Source of the DNA: Deltaproteobacteria bacterium
GTDB taxonomy: Bacteria > Desulfobacterota > Binatia > Binatales > Binataceae
Assembly: GCA_021780225.1 (NCBI GenBank)
Contig: JAJXZF010000017.1
Location: forward strand, 13,152-77,151
Direction of reading: 5' to 3'
Length of the DNA: 64,000 nt
Positions 20,673 through 29,577 of the stretch are shown one piece after another. The position numbers and the translations under genes were made by a program. Positions within the stretch are counted from its first letter, which is position 1; the number at the start of each line of letters is the position of its first letter. Under the pieces are notes generated by a model. It was not told where the DNA came from. It ran no database searches and saw only the letters and a list, made by a program, of their open reading frames with translations.

Positions 20673-21638
20673 TCAGAAGCGCAGCGATCCCGCGGCGCTC
20701 CACGCGAGCGGTTCGGCGCGGACGTCGAGCAATACCCGCCGCCAGAAGACGTCGATCGCGTCGGCTGATCCTTCCACCAGCAGCTCGAACAGGCCGCGAT
20801 CGATCTGATCGGCCGGTTGCGCCAGCAATTGCATAAAGGCTTTGGCCGCTTCGTGGGTCTCGAGCATCCGCGGTTGCCAGCGGCCGAAAACTTTCGGATT
20901 GGAGGCATATTCGCCCGTCATCCCGGTGCGGACGAAGGGCAAAAGGATGCAGGCGGTCCGCACCAGCGCCGCGTCGCGGCCGAGATTCACCGCGAGCACG
21001 CCGGGGATTTGCAGCACGGCCCAGTTGCTGATCGAGTAGCCGGGCACCGAAACGCCGGGGTCGATCGCCTGGCGCGAGGAGACGTAAACCAGTTGCAGCG
21101 GTTCCTTGTGATAGACCGCCTCGCCCGCCCATAGATGGGTCATCGCGAGAAAGCCGTCGATCTTGGTGTCGAGCACGAGCCGCGATTCGCCGAGCGCGTC
21201 GATAAAATGCTGGCGGACGCGCGCCCGCCGCATCGCGATCGCTTCGCCGGGAATTTCGCGCAGCGCGCGGCCGAAGGCGTAGCCTTTTTCGGTCAGGCCG
21301 GAATTACAAATCAGAAGATTCGGCGGCAGCCCGCCCATCTGATCGATCACATAGCTGCGGGTCGCCCAGAGATCGCCGAAATTGGTCACGTCGGCCTGCA
21401 CCGGGAAGGCGCTGACGCCGCGCGCGCGCAATTCCTTGACGAGATCGAAACCGTCGGCGTAGCTGGCGTGGAAATGCACGCCGACCGAAGCGGCGCCGTT
21501 GAGACCCGCCGCCAGCGCGAACGCCTGGCCGAGTCCGCCGTCCTTGCCCGCGCCTGAAATCAGCACGCGTTTCCCGGCGACTCCGGCGCTGAGTTCCATG
21601 GCGAAGCGAAAATCTTCGGCGCGTACTGTGAACGCCAT
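20673..21638 (-). CDS. SDR-like NAD(P)-binding oxidoreductase (atypical short-chain dehydrogenase)
   Basis: 321 aa. Rossmann glycine motif VLISGAGKDGGLGQAFA; the rest is only loosely SDR-like. 70 nt upstream of the LLM gene on the same strand. Confidence 0.55.
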   Translation of the reverse strand: MAFTVRAEDFRFAMELSAGVAGKRVLISGAGKDGGLGQAFALAAGLNGAASVGVHFHASYADGFDLVKELRARGVSAFPVQADVTNFGDLWATRSYVIDQMGGLPPNLLICNSGLTEKGYAFGRALREIPGEAIAMRRARVRQHFIDALGESRLVLDTKIDGFLAMTHLWAGEAVYHKEPLQLVYVSSRQAIDPGVSVPGYSISNWAVLQIPGVLAVNLGRDAALVRTACILLPFVRTGMTGEYASNPKVFGRWQPRMLETHEAAKAFMQLLAQPADQIDRGLFELLVEGSADAIDVFWRRVLLDVRAEPLAWSAAGSLRF

Positions 21639-21764
21639 CAGGATGCTCCCGTCGCGAACGGATAATCGCGGACGCCGCTATGGTCGATCGATTGGCCGCG
21701 CATGGCAAGGCGCCTAAAAGCTCGCCGCCGCTTTTCCACCTGTGAACCGGCGCGCAAGGCGGGC

Positions 21765-22772
21765 CTATTGGCTCAGATTGATCGAGCCATCGACGATTAG
21801 CTGTTTGGCTCGTTTCGCCAGCGCCAGGGTGTTTGCGGGAATGACCGGCGCGAGCCGCGGGTTAATCACGACGCTGACCATCCCGGCGCGCATCCCGTAC
21901 TGGATCATGCCGGGGCGAAACGTGCCGTTTTTCACTTCGGTGGCGACGCGCAGGAACGCCATTGGAATCGAAGTGACCGCGCTGGCGAGCACCGCGCCGG
22001 GCACGACGTCGTTCTGATCGCCTACGATGCCGAACGCGTAGGCGTGCGCTTGCGCCGCCGCCTCGAAGACGCCGATACCGGCGGCGTCGGCGTCCTGAAA
22101 GATCACGTCCGCATGATGGCTGATTTGCGCCAGCGCGGCCTCTTTGGCCGCCCCAACGTCGTTGAAATTGCCGGTGTAGCTGACCAGCATCCGGCCGTCG
22201 GGCCGGACCGAAAGGAAGCCGCGGCGAAACCCGTCGAAGGCGATTTTCAGCGAGGGGATTTCGATTCCGCCGATCGCGCCCACCACGCCGGTTTTGGAGA
22301 CGCCCCCGGCGATCACGCCCTCGACATAGGCGGCCTCCTCGATTTTGAAGCTGATCGAGGCGACATTCGGCGCAGAGGCGCTGCCGGAAGTGACCGCAAA
22401 GATGGTGTGGGGAAATTGCCGGCCGGTTGAGATCGCGGCGTCGGTGTATTCAAAACCGTGCGCGAAGACCAGACGAAAGCCGCGGGCCGCAAAGTCTCGC
22501 ATCGCGTCGGCAAAATCCGCCGGCGACGTCGTCTGCACCATCGCGGTGTCCGCGCCGAGACGCTTGTGAATCAGCATCAGGCCGTCATACGCGGCCGCGT
22601 TCCATCCGGCGTCGCTGATCGGGCCAGGAACCAGAAGAGCCACCGAAAAACCGTGGTTCGCGTTTGGCGATCGATGGCATCCGCCGAGCGCGATGGCGCC
22701 GATAACGGTCCAAAACGCGCAAAATCCAAAGATTGCTATTGTTGGAAACAATAGGCGAATTTGCCGAATCAC
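21765..22772 (-). CDS. BMP-family (Med/PnrA-like) ABC-transporter substrate-binding lipoprotein
   Basis: 335 aa. Signal peptide plus lipobox (AIALGGCHRS) and a periplasmic-binding-protein pattern (VALLVPGPISDAGWNAAAYDGLMLI...). No permease or ATPase genes nearby. Confidence 0.75.
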   Translation of the reverse strand: MIRQIRLLFPTIAIFGFCAFWTVIGAIALGGCHRSPNANHGFSVALLVPGPISDAGWNAAAYDGLMLIHKRLGADTAMVQTTSPADFADAMRDFAARGFRLVFAHGFEYTDAAISTGRQFPHTIFAVTSGSASAPNVASISFKIEEAAYVEGVIAGGVSKTGVVGAIGGIEIPSLKIAFDGFRRGFLSVRPDGRMLVSYTGNFNDVGAAKEAALAQISHHADVIFQDADAAGIGVFEAAAQAHAYAFGIVGDQNDVVPGAVLASAVTSIPMAFLRVATEVKNGTFRPGMIQYGMRAGMVSVVINPRLAPVIPANTLALAKRAKQLIVDGSINLSQ

Positions 22773-22924
22773 GACCCTGCTCCGCTATTCAAAACGCATC
22801 CAAAGCATTGACTCTGCATAGTGAAGTCTCTAATCGATAAAGTAGCCGTTTGGCGAATGGAACCGGCGGCGACTGCGCGCGGCCGGGCGGTTGAAGGTAC
22901 GCAGAGGGTTTTGGGGAGGGGATC

Positions 22925-24151
22925 TTGCCGAGCGGATTTGAAAATAAAATCGCGCGGCGCGGTGTGCGCCGCATTATGGCGGTGCTGTGCGCGTTTGCGA
23001 TTATAATCGCGCCAGCGTTCCGCGCGGCCGCCGCTGAAGTCGTCTTTCCCGAACCCACGGCGATTCAGCCCAACGTCAATTTCTGGGTACAGGTTTTTTC
23101 GCAATATTCCGAACGCGACTTCGTCATCCACGATCGGGACAACGTCCGGCGTGTTTACGAAGTCATGCATCTGCCCGGCGAAGGCGACCCGACGCGTGAA
23201 GAGGTCGCATACGTCAACGACTATTTGAAGAGCAAATATTCCGCGATTTTGAACCGGCTCGCTTCGGGCGAAAAGCCGGTGACCTACGAGGACATCCGCG
23301 TCGCCAATATGTTCCGAGGCGAACCGCTGGCGGCCTATACGCTGGCGGCGGAAAATCTGCGGGTGCAGCAGGGACTGCGCGATCGGTTTCGCGAGGGTTT
23401 GCTGCGCAGCCGGTATTATCGGCCGACGATGGAGCGGATCTTCGAGGATTCCGGCTTGCCGCCGGAACTGGTGACGCTGGCGACCGTCGAATCGGGCTTT
23501 TACAGCCGCGCTAAATCCAGCGCCGGCGCGGTCGGCATCTGGCAGTTCACGCGCGGAACCGGCCGCCAATATATGCGGATCACGCGCTGGCACGACGACC
23601 GGTTGAATCCCGAGAAGGAAACGCGCGCCGCGGCCGAGTTGCTGCGCTCGAACTATGCGTCGCTGGGAAGCTGGCCGTTGGCGATAACCGCCTACAATTA
23701 CGGCACCGGCGGCACCGAGGCGGCGTCATCGGAATTCGGCGGCGATTACAATAAAATCGTGCGCGAGTACAACGGACCGCATTTCGGATTCGCCGCCCGC
23801 AACTATTACGCGGAATTTCTCGCCGCGCTCTATGTGCATGAGCACGAAAATCAAATTTTCCCCGATTTGAAATACGACGAAACGCCTTCGCCGCCGCCCG
23901 TCCGGACCGATTTCGCGCCGCCGCCTCGCAGCCACCGATGGCGCCGATGGGGCGTCCATCGAGTGAACGCGCATCATTCGACAAGGTCTCGTCATCATCG
24001 CCGCACCGTCGCCCACTCGACCGCGACGCGCCGCGTTCATGCGTCGGCGCGCCGGCCGAAGCGGCGGGTTGCGTCCGCAGCTTCGTCTCACCATCGACGT
24101 CATGGCGTGCGGGTCGCGAATCGCGGCGCGCGCCATCCGGAAGACTCCTGA
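22925..24151 (+). CDS. membrane-bound lytic murein transglycosylase (MltD/Slt-family SLT domain) with a His/Arg-rich C-terminal tail
   Basis: Signal peptide MAVLCAFAIIIAPAFRAAAAE. SLT catalytic motifs TVESGFYSRAKSSAGAVGIWQF and AYNYGTGG. The last ~90 aa are a low-complexity His/Arg tail and no LysM repeats are recognisable. Confidence 0.78.
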   Translation: MPSGFENKIARRGVRRIMAVLCAFAIIIAPAFRAAAAEVVFPEPTAIQPNVNFWVQVFSQYSERDFVIHDRDNVRRVYEVMHLPGEGDPTREEVAYVNDYLKSKYSAILNRLASGEKPVTYEDIRVANMFRGEPLAAYTLAAENLRVQQGLRDRFREGLLRSRYYRPTMERIFEDSGLPPELVTLATVESGFYSRAKSSAGAVGIWQFTRGTGRQYMRITRWHDDRLNPEKETRAAAELLRSNYASLGSWPLAITAYNYGTGGTEAASSEFGGDYNKIVREYNGPHFGFAARNYYAEFLAALYVHEHENQIFPDLKYDETPSPPPVRTDFAPPPRSHRWRRWGVHRVNAHHSTRSRHHRRTVAHSTATRRVHASARRPKRRVASAASSHHRRHGVRVANRGARHPEDS

Positions 24152-24375
24152 GCCGCCCGCTCCGATCGCCGTTCGCGACGATCGAATCACTTTAAACAAT
24201 CACACGCCGCGCACCCCGCGCCGCTGACGCGAATTCGCGCCGCCGCGTCTGACGGGGATGCGTCCGAATCGCGCATCTGAATCCGGCTCGATCGCGGCCG
24301 GCAGGCGGGGTTTTCAACGAACGTGAAATTTTTTGTTTTCGCGACTTGACGAATCGCTCCGAGGATCATAAGAAA

Positions 24376-24393
24376 TTGATAGTCATTCTCAAT
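24376..24393 (+). promoter_or_regulatory. candidate Fur box (TTGATAGTCATTCTCAAT) in the promoter of the cupredoxin-like / haem-binding-domain operon
   Basis: About 15 of 18 positions match the Fur consensus core ATGATAATCATTATCATT by eye. A TTGACG hexamer lies 25 nt upstream (24346-24351) and the site is 22 nt upstream of the ATG at 24415. Confidence 0.4.
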
Positions 24394-24414
24394 TTCAACC
24401 GCGGGAGCATATCG

Positions 24415-24768
24415 ATGCCTTGCAGGAAAAACGTGATTCTGATGTTTCTGGCCGCCGCCGCAGCCGGCCCATTGGCTTTCAGCCAGCCCGTCCGTGCCGG
24501 CGGCGCGACGGTTGCCGCGGTTCGTTTCAACGGAGATCGGTTTGAACCGGCCAAACTGACCGTTCCGGCGAATCAGCCTTTCAAAGTCGAGGTTACCAAC
24601 GCCGACAACAAGGCGATCGAGTTCGAAAGCTTCGATCTCCATCGCGAGCGCGTGGTGCGCCCCGGCGAGACGATTACGGTTTACATGGCGCCGACGGCGC
24701 CCGGCCATTACACGTTCTGCGACGATTTCGACCATAGCGTTACCGAGGGCGCGATCGAAGCTCGCTGA
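24415..24768 (+). CDS. secreted cupredoxin-like domain protein (EfeO N-terminal Cup-domain-like)
   Basis: ATG at 24415 gives the signal peptide MPCRKNVILMFLAAAAAGPLAFSQPVRAGG. The mature ~90 aa carry the pattern FKVEVTNADNKAIEFESFDL...PGETITVYMAPTAPGHYTFCDD, which resembles cupredoxin_1/EfeO-N. Its stop overlaps the next start (ATGA). Confidence 0.6.
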   Translation: MPCRKNVILMFLAAAAAGPLAFSQPVRAGGATVAAVRFNGDRFEPAKLTVPANQPFKVEVTNADNKAIEFESFDLHRERVVRPGETITVYMAPTAPGHYTFCDDFDHSVTEGAIEAR

Positions 24769-25226
24769 TGAATCGGCGGACGCGCGGCTGGCTGGTCGGC
24801 TTCGCGACCGTCGTGGCGATTCAGGCGCTGCGGATGCCGGTGCGGAACGAGCGTGCGCCGGGCGGTTTTGCGGCTCCGACGACGGTGCAGAGCGCCGTTC
24901 GGGCCGCCTGTTTCCAATGCCATTCGGAGCACGCGCGCTGGCCGTGGTACGCGCAGATCGCGCCCGTCTCATGGTTCATCCACGCGCAGGTTGGCGAAGC
25001 GCGCAAGCGGCTGAATTTCACGGCGTGGAAGGATTATCTGTACGATCCCGGAACGGCCGCGCGAAAGTTCGGGGCGATCGACCAGATGGTGCGCAGCGGC
25101 GCGATGCCGCCGTGGTATTTCCGGGCCTTGAGCGCGCGCGGCCGGCTGACTCCCGCACAGCGCGCCGCGATCGAATCCTGGGCGATCGAAGGACGCGCGG
25201 ACGCCCTCAAAGCCGAGTCTCACTAA
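24768..25226 (+). CDS. haem-binding domain protein (Haem_bind family, CxxCH)
   Basis: 152 aa with an N-terminal TM anchor, then CFQCHSEHARWPWYAQIAPVSWFIHAQVGEARKRLNFTAWKD, matching the haem-binding-domain family signature. Confidence 0.7.
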   Translation: MNRRTRGWLVGFATVVAIQALRMPVRNERAPGGFAAPTTVQSAVRAACFQCHSEHARWPWYAQIAPVSWFIHAQVGEARKRLNFTAWKDYLYDPGTAARKFGAIDQMVRSGAMPPWYFRALSARGRLTPAQRAAIESWAIEGRADALKAESH

Positions 25227-25287
25227 CCAATTAACTGAAACTTATCGGCGGATTACGCCGGTAATAGACCGGAAGATTCAACCAGCG

Positions 25288-26103
25288 ATGTCGTACCTTC
25301 GCCTGACGCTGTTAGTGTGTTCGCTCGCGTTGCTCGCCGCCGCGGAGGCGAGCGCCCAGGTCGATCCGTGGGAGTTCGAGGTCTATCCATATCAGACCGA
25401 AGGCGCCGGGATGATCGAGCTGGAGTCGCTCAACAGCGTCATCCCGAACGGCCATTCGATCGGCGGCGTCGGCACGTCTGCCGGAACTTATCCAAGCCAG
25501 TGGATGTACCGCACGTCGTTCGAGGTCACTTACGGCCTGACCGATCATGTTGAAGCGGCGGCCTATCTCGATTTGGCGCGCCCGAACGGGGCTTACCTGC
25601 AATACGCGGGATCGAAATACCGCTTGCGCGGCCGGCTTTTCGAGCAGGGCGAGATGCCGATCGATATGGGTTGGTACGCGGAGCTGGAATGGCATCGAAT
25701 CCACCAGTTTGACGACGTTCCGCTCGAACTTGAGTTGCGGCCGATACTCGAAAAGGATTTCGGACGCGTCGAAATCGATCTCAATCCGATTTTCGAGAAG
25801 GCGATTTTCGTCGGCCCGTACAAGAATCAGGGCTTCGAGTTCGGCTACGTATCCGGCGTGTATTACAACTGGATGCGCAAGCTGTCGCCCGGTCTGGAGT
25901 TCTATGGCGGAATCGGCCTGATCGACGACAGTTCTCCGCTATATCAACAGCAACACTATATTTTCCCGGTGTTGCGCGGCGCTCTCGACAACGGCATCGA
26001 GTACAATTTTGGCCCCGGCTTCGGCCTGACCGGCGGCTCCGATCACGTGATCACGAAGTTCAATCTCGAATTCGAGCGTTATATCGGCGCGCTTTTCGAT
26101 TAG
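25288..26103 (+). CDS. putative small outer-membrane beta-barrel protein (hypothetical)
   Basis: 271 aa. Signal peptide MSYLRLTLLVCSLALLAAAEASAQ and an aromatic-rich alternating amphipathic pattern. 62 nt downstream of the haem-binding-domain gene. Confidence 0.55.
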   Translation: MSYLRLTLLVCSLALLAAAEASAQVDPWEFEVYPYQTEGAGMIELESLNSVIPNGHSIGGVGTSAGTYPSQWMYRTSFEVTYGLTDHVEAAAYLDLARPNGAYLQYAGSKYRLRGRLFEQGEMPIDMGWYAELEWHRIHQFDDVPLELELRPILEKDFGRVEIDLNPIFEKAIFVGPYKNQGFEFGYVSGVYYNWMRKLSPGLEFYGGIGLIDDSSPLYQQQHYIFPVLRGALDNGIEYNFGPGFGLTGGSDHVITKFNLEFERYIGALFD

Positions 26104-26129
26104 CCGGCGGCGCGGCGCGCGGCCGGGCT

Positions 26130-27899
26130 TTACCAGCCGATCGTCTGCGCCGGCATCACCACCGCCATCTGGCCGCGCGGATCGGCGCCGCCTTCGAGCA
26201 GGCGCCGCGCCGGATCGAAGCGGATGCCGAGCACGTGGCCCTCGCACCACGGCGGCCGCACCTCAACCTGATGGCCGCGCGCGCTGAGCGCCGCCCGCAC
26301 CGCCGGATCGATTCGCTCCTCGATGCGGAGGACCCCCGGCCGCGCGTTATGCGGATGGAAGGTCGATGGAAAATGCGCCGTCGAAAAGCGCGGAGCCTCG
26401 ATCGCCTCCTGCACGGTCATTCCGAAATCGACCAGGTTCAGAAAGAACTGCAGCGTCCATTGGTCCTGCTGATCTCCCCCCGGCGTGCCGAATGAGAGCC
26501 ACGGCTGGCCGGCGCGCGTCGCGATCGAGGGGGTGAGCGTCGTGCGCGGTCGTTTGCCCGGCTTCAGCGCGTTGGCGTGCGCTTCGTCGAGGTAGAACGT
26601 CTGCATCCGGCTGCCCAGCGGGAAGCCGAGCGCTTCGACCACCGGCGAGCTGGGAATCCATCCGCCGCTCGCCGTCACCGCGATCATATTGCCCCGGCCA
26701 TCGGCGGCCGTGACGTGAATCGTGCCGGGACCCCATGAACGCGCTGCGCCCGCCGGCCGGTCGAGCAACGGACGGAAGTTGATCGGATCGCCCGGCCGCT
26801 GTTCCATCGACGCCCGGCGCGGATCGATCAGTTCGCGGCGAAGGGCGGCATAGCGCGCCGAGAGCAACCCTTCGAGCGGCACGCGAGTAAATTCAGGATC
26901 GGCGTAGTACTGCTCGCGGTCGGCGAAGGCGAGCTTGGCCGCTTCGACCAGCGTGTGCACGTAGTCGGCAGAATTATGACCCAGCGCTTTGAGGTCGAAG
27001 CCCTCGAGCAGGCGCAGTTGCTGCAGATAGACGGGACCTTGCGACCACGGGCCGCACTTGTGCACGGTCACGCCGCGATAGTCCGCCGTTACCGGCTCCT
27101 CGATTCGAGTGGTAAATGCGGCGAGGTCTTCAAGCGCGAGGAGGCCGCCGTTGGCGTCGGACCAGGCTACGATTTCACGCGCGATATCGCCGCGGTAAAA
27201 GCGTTCGCGCGCGGCGTCGAGCGCGGCTTCGCGGCCGCGCTTGCGGGCGGCGGCCTCCGCTTCGATCAGGCGGCCAAAGAATTTCGCCAGCGCCGGATTT
27301 TTAACGATTTGGCCGGTATGCGGCGGCTCGCCGCCGGGCATATAGACGGCGGCGCTGGAGGGCCATTTTTCGCGGAATTTTTTGGCGTTGACGCGAATCG
27401 AGGCCTGGCCGATCAAGCCGGACAAATCCTGCGGCGTCTCGCCGTCTCCGGCGAGCCCCGGATGCATCGGGAAGCCGTCCTCGCAGAGCGCGGCCGCGGG
27501 CGCCGCGACCTCGGCCAGCGTCAGCGTGCCAAAGGTCTTCAAAGCCACAGCCAGCGCATCGAAAGCCGCGGGAACGCCTGCGGCGAGCAGACCTTCGCCG
27601 GGAACGAGCGTCAGGCCGAGACCACGATAATGATCGATCGTCGCGCGCGCGGGCGCGGTCATATTACCGTTAATCGCGACCACCCGCCGGGCATCTGCCG
27701 AATAAATCAGCATTGGCGCTTCACCGCCAATCGTATGCATGTGCGGGTTAACGACGCCCTCCACCAGCGTGGCCGCCACGGCGGCGTCGATCGCGTTGCC
27801 GCCTTTTGCGAACATCCGCGCGCCGGCCGCCGCCGACAGATAATGCTCGGTCGCGACCATCGCCTCGCGGCCCATCACCAGCGGATACCAGGTGGTCAT
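26130..27899 (-). CDS. ggt: gamma-glutamyltransferase
   Basis: Start at the internal ATG (MTTWYPLVMGREAMVATEHYLSAAAG). Autoprocessing-threonine region (RTTLTPSIA...GTPGG) and a C-terminal small-subunit pattern. No signal peptide. The 67-codon upstream extension is disregarded. Confidence 0.88.
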   Translation of the reverse strand: MTTWYPLVMGREAMVATEHYLSAAAGARMFAKGGNAIDAAVAATLVEGVVNPHMHTIGGEAPMLIYSADARRVVAINGNMTAPARATIDHYRGLGLTLVPGEGLLAAGVPAAFDALAVALKTFGTLTLAEVAAPAAALCEDGFPMHPGLAGDGETPQDLSGLIGQASIRVNAKKFREKWPSSAAVYMPGGEPPHTGQIVKNPALAKFFGRLIEAEAAARKRGREAALDAARERFYRGDIAREIVAWSDANGGLLALEDLAAFTTRIEEPVTADYRGVTVHKCGPWSQGPVYLQQLRLLEGFDLKALGHNSADYVHTLVEAAKLAFADREQYYADPEFTRVPLEGLLSARYAALRRELIDPRRASMEQRPGDPINFRPLLDRPAGAARSWGPGTIHVTAADGRGNMIAVTASGGWIPSSPVVEALGFPLGSRMQTFYLDEAHANALKPGKRPRTTLTPSIATRAGQPWLSFGTPGGDQQDQWTLQFFLNLVDFGMTVQEAIEAPRFSTAHFPSTFHPHNARPGVLRIEERIDPAVRAALSARGHQVEVRPPWCEGHVLGIRFDPARRLLEGGADPRGQMAVVMPAQTIGW

Positions 27900-28209
27900 A
27901 GATAATTTTTCCCAGCCATTCCGGCGAACCTGAGGCGCAATGGGAGCCGCACTTACGGATTTCCCTCCGACAGTGAATAACCCATTAGGGATAAGGGAGT
28001 ACAGCCCATGACGGACTCCCGGCTTCGCGGAATGCGATGCGAAATCAGATTCGATGAAATAAGTCAGACTGTGCAAGTTAAATAAGCTGTGGAAAACCAC
28101 GCATGGTCGAAAAATCCGCTCTCACGAATCGGCCCGATGCTTGCTATACTTATAAATAGGTGGCGGATCGCCCAAATCCATTAATCGGGCGGGAAAGGCG
28201 GCGGAGATT

Positions 28210-28413
28210 ATGGTGACTATGAATCATGAATCGATCGTCGGTCGTCATTGCAGATTGGTGCGGCCGGTGCGCGACAACGAAGGACGCGGACGCTTCAGAG
28301 AAGAGCCGCTCATCGTCAAGGAAGTCGAAAATCTGGGCCGGGTGATGTACCTGGTGAAGTTTGACGACGGAAGCACAACCTTTCTGTTCCCTTCCGAAGT
28401 ATCGTTGAACTGA
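28210..28413 (+). CDS. small hypothetical protein (67 aa)
   Basis: GGAG 5 nt upstream of the ATG, in an AT-richer promoter-like region. Sequence MVTMNHESIVGRHCRLVRPVRDNEGRGRFREEPLIVKEVENLGRVMYLVKFDDGSTTFLFP; no recognised family. Confidence 0.4.
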   Translation: MVTMNHESIVGRHCRLVRPVRDNEGRGRFREEPLIVKEVENLGRVMYLVKFDDGSTTFLFPSEVSLN

Positions 28414-28508
28414 TTTTGACCGGTTCCCGCACGAGGCCGTGCAGCGGTACGGTTGGCGGGACCGAGCCGAGCGGCTCGCCGCGTCAGGTCGCCCGTTGAT
28501 GCGACAGC

Positions 28509-28540
28509 GGCTCGCGCTTGCGCTGGCGCCAGCGCGAGCC
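28509..28540. promoter_or_regulatory. nested GC-rich palindrome GGCTCGCGCTTGCGCTGGCGCCAGCGCGAGCC
   Basis: Outer arms GGCTCGC/GCGAGCC enclose a perfect 12-nt palindrome GCTGGCGCCAGC. No T-run follows. It lies between the small ORF and the GYD-domain gene. Confidence 0.4.
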
Positions 28541-28602
28541 GATCATGAAGTTGCGGAGAGGCCGCGGCGACTCGCGGGACCGCGGAAAGGTTTGGATCGA
28601 CG

Positions 28603-28905
28603 ATGCCTACCTATGTAGTCGGGGTGCGCCGAACTGAAAAAGGCCATCAGACGCTTAAGGAATTTTCGCACGTGATGGCGCGCGCCGACCGTATCCGGGA
28701 CGCCAACGGTGGCAAGCTCGTCGCCGCCTATGCCACTTTCGGCCGCTTCGACATGGTTGTGATCCTCGATTATCCAAGCGGCACGGCGATGCAGAAGGCG
28801 ACAACCACGATGCTGGCGGAGGGCCTGTTCACGGTCGAGGTATCGGAGGCGATTCCGCTCGCTGAGTTCCTCGCGATGCTCAAGGAGGACGAGAGCGAAC
28901 GCTAG
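28603..28905 (+). CDS. GYD-domain protein
   Basis: 100 aa. MPTYVVGVRRTEKGHQTLKEF...GGKLVAAYATFGRFDMVVILDYPSGTAMQKATTTM matches the GYD-family pattern. Confidence 0.72.
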   Translation: MPTYVVGVRRTEKGHQTLKEFSHVMARADRIRDANGGKLVAAYATFGRFDMVVILDYPSGTAMQKATTTMLAEGLFTVEVSEAIPLAEFLAMLKEDESER

Positions 28906-28930
28906 CGTTTGCCGCGCCGCCCGCGTCCGG

Positions 28931-29458
28931 TCAACGAGTTTCGTCGAGCAGGGCGCGGACGTGAAACAGAGCGGCGATCGTTTTTGCGTCCACAATCTCG
29001 CCGCGCCGGACCATCTTGAACGCTTCCTCCAAGTTTATTTTTTCGACTTCGATAACTTCGTCATGATCGAGCGCGCCCGAAGCCGGCGCCAGCTCGCGCG
29101 CCAGAAAGAGCGTGATACGCTCGTCGCAGAAGCTTGGAATCGTGACGATCGAGCCCAGCTCATCCCATCGCCGCGCCGCCAGTCCCGCTTCCTCGCGCAA
29201 TTCGCGCTCCGCGCACTGGCGTGGCGTTTCGCCGGCATTGAGGCATCCGGCCGGAATTTCGCGCAGCCATCCGCCGGCCGCGTGCCGGTACTGACGGAGC
29301 ATCGCGATCGTTCCGTTCGCATCGAGCGCGACGATCGCGGCGGCGCCCGGATGGCGAATCACGGCGAGATCGATCGTCACGCCGTTGGGCAGGTCTGCGC
29401 GTTCGACGCCGAAATCGACGACGCCGAGTTTCAGCACGGGACGGCGGTGGACGGCCAT
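28931..29458 (-). CDS. NUDIX hydrolase (ADP-ribose pyrophosphatase-like)
   Basis: Start at the internal ATG (MAVHRRPVLKLG). Nudix box GETPRQCAERELREEAGL. Confidence 0.8.
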   Translation of the reverse strand: MAVHRRPVLKLGVVDFGVERADLPNGVTIDLAVIRHPGAAAIVALDANGTIAMLRQYRHAAGGWLREIPAGCLNAGETPRQCAERELREEAGLAARRWDELGSIVTIPSFCDERITLFLARELAPASGALDHDEVIEVEKINLEEAFKMVRRGEIVDAKTIAALFHVRALLDETR

Positions 29459-29577
29459 CACAAAAGCATGCGGACGCGCCGCGGCCGGCGCAAGCGGCGC
29501 GCCCGGACCGAACGCGGAACGGGGATTGCCGCCGACGGCGAATCGCGGCGATAATCCCAACTGAATCAGCCTTTACG

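Noticed and set aside
24187-24972. 261-aa minus-strand ORF across the cupredoxin-like / haem-binding-domain region
   Set aside because: Antisense to two genes that have signal peptides and recognisable motifs. No domain, and Arg/Ser-rich.
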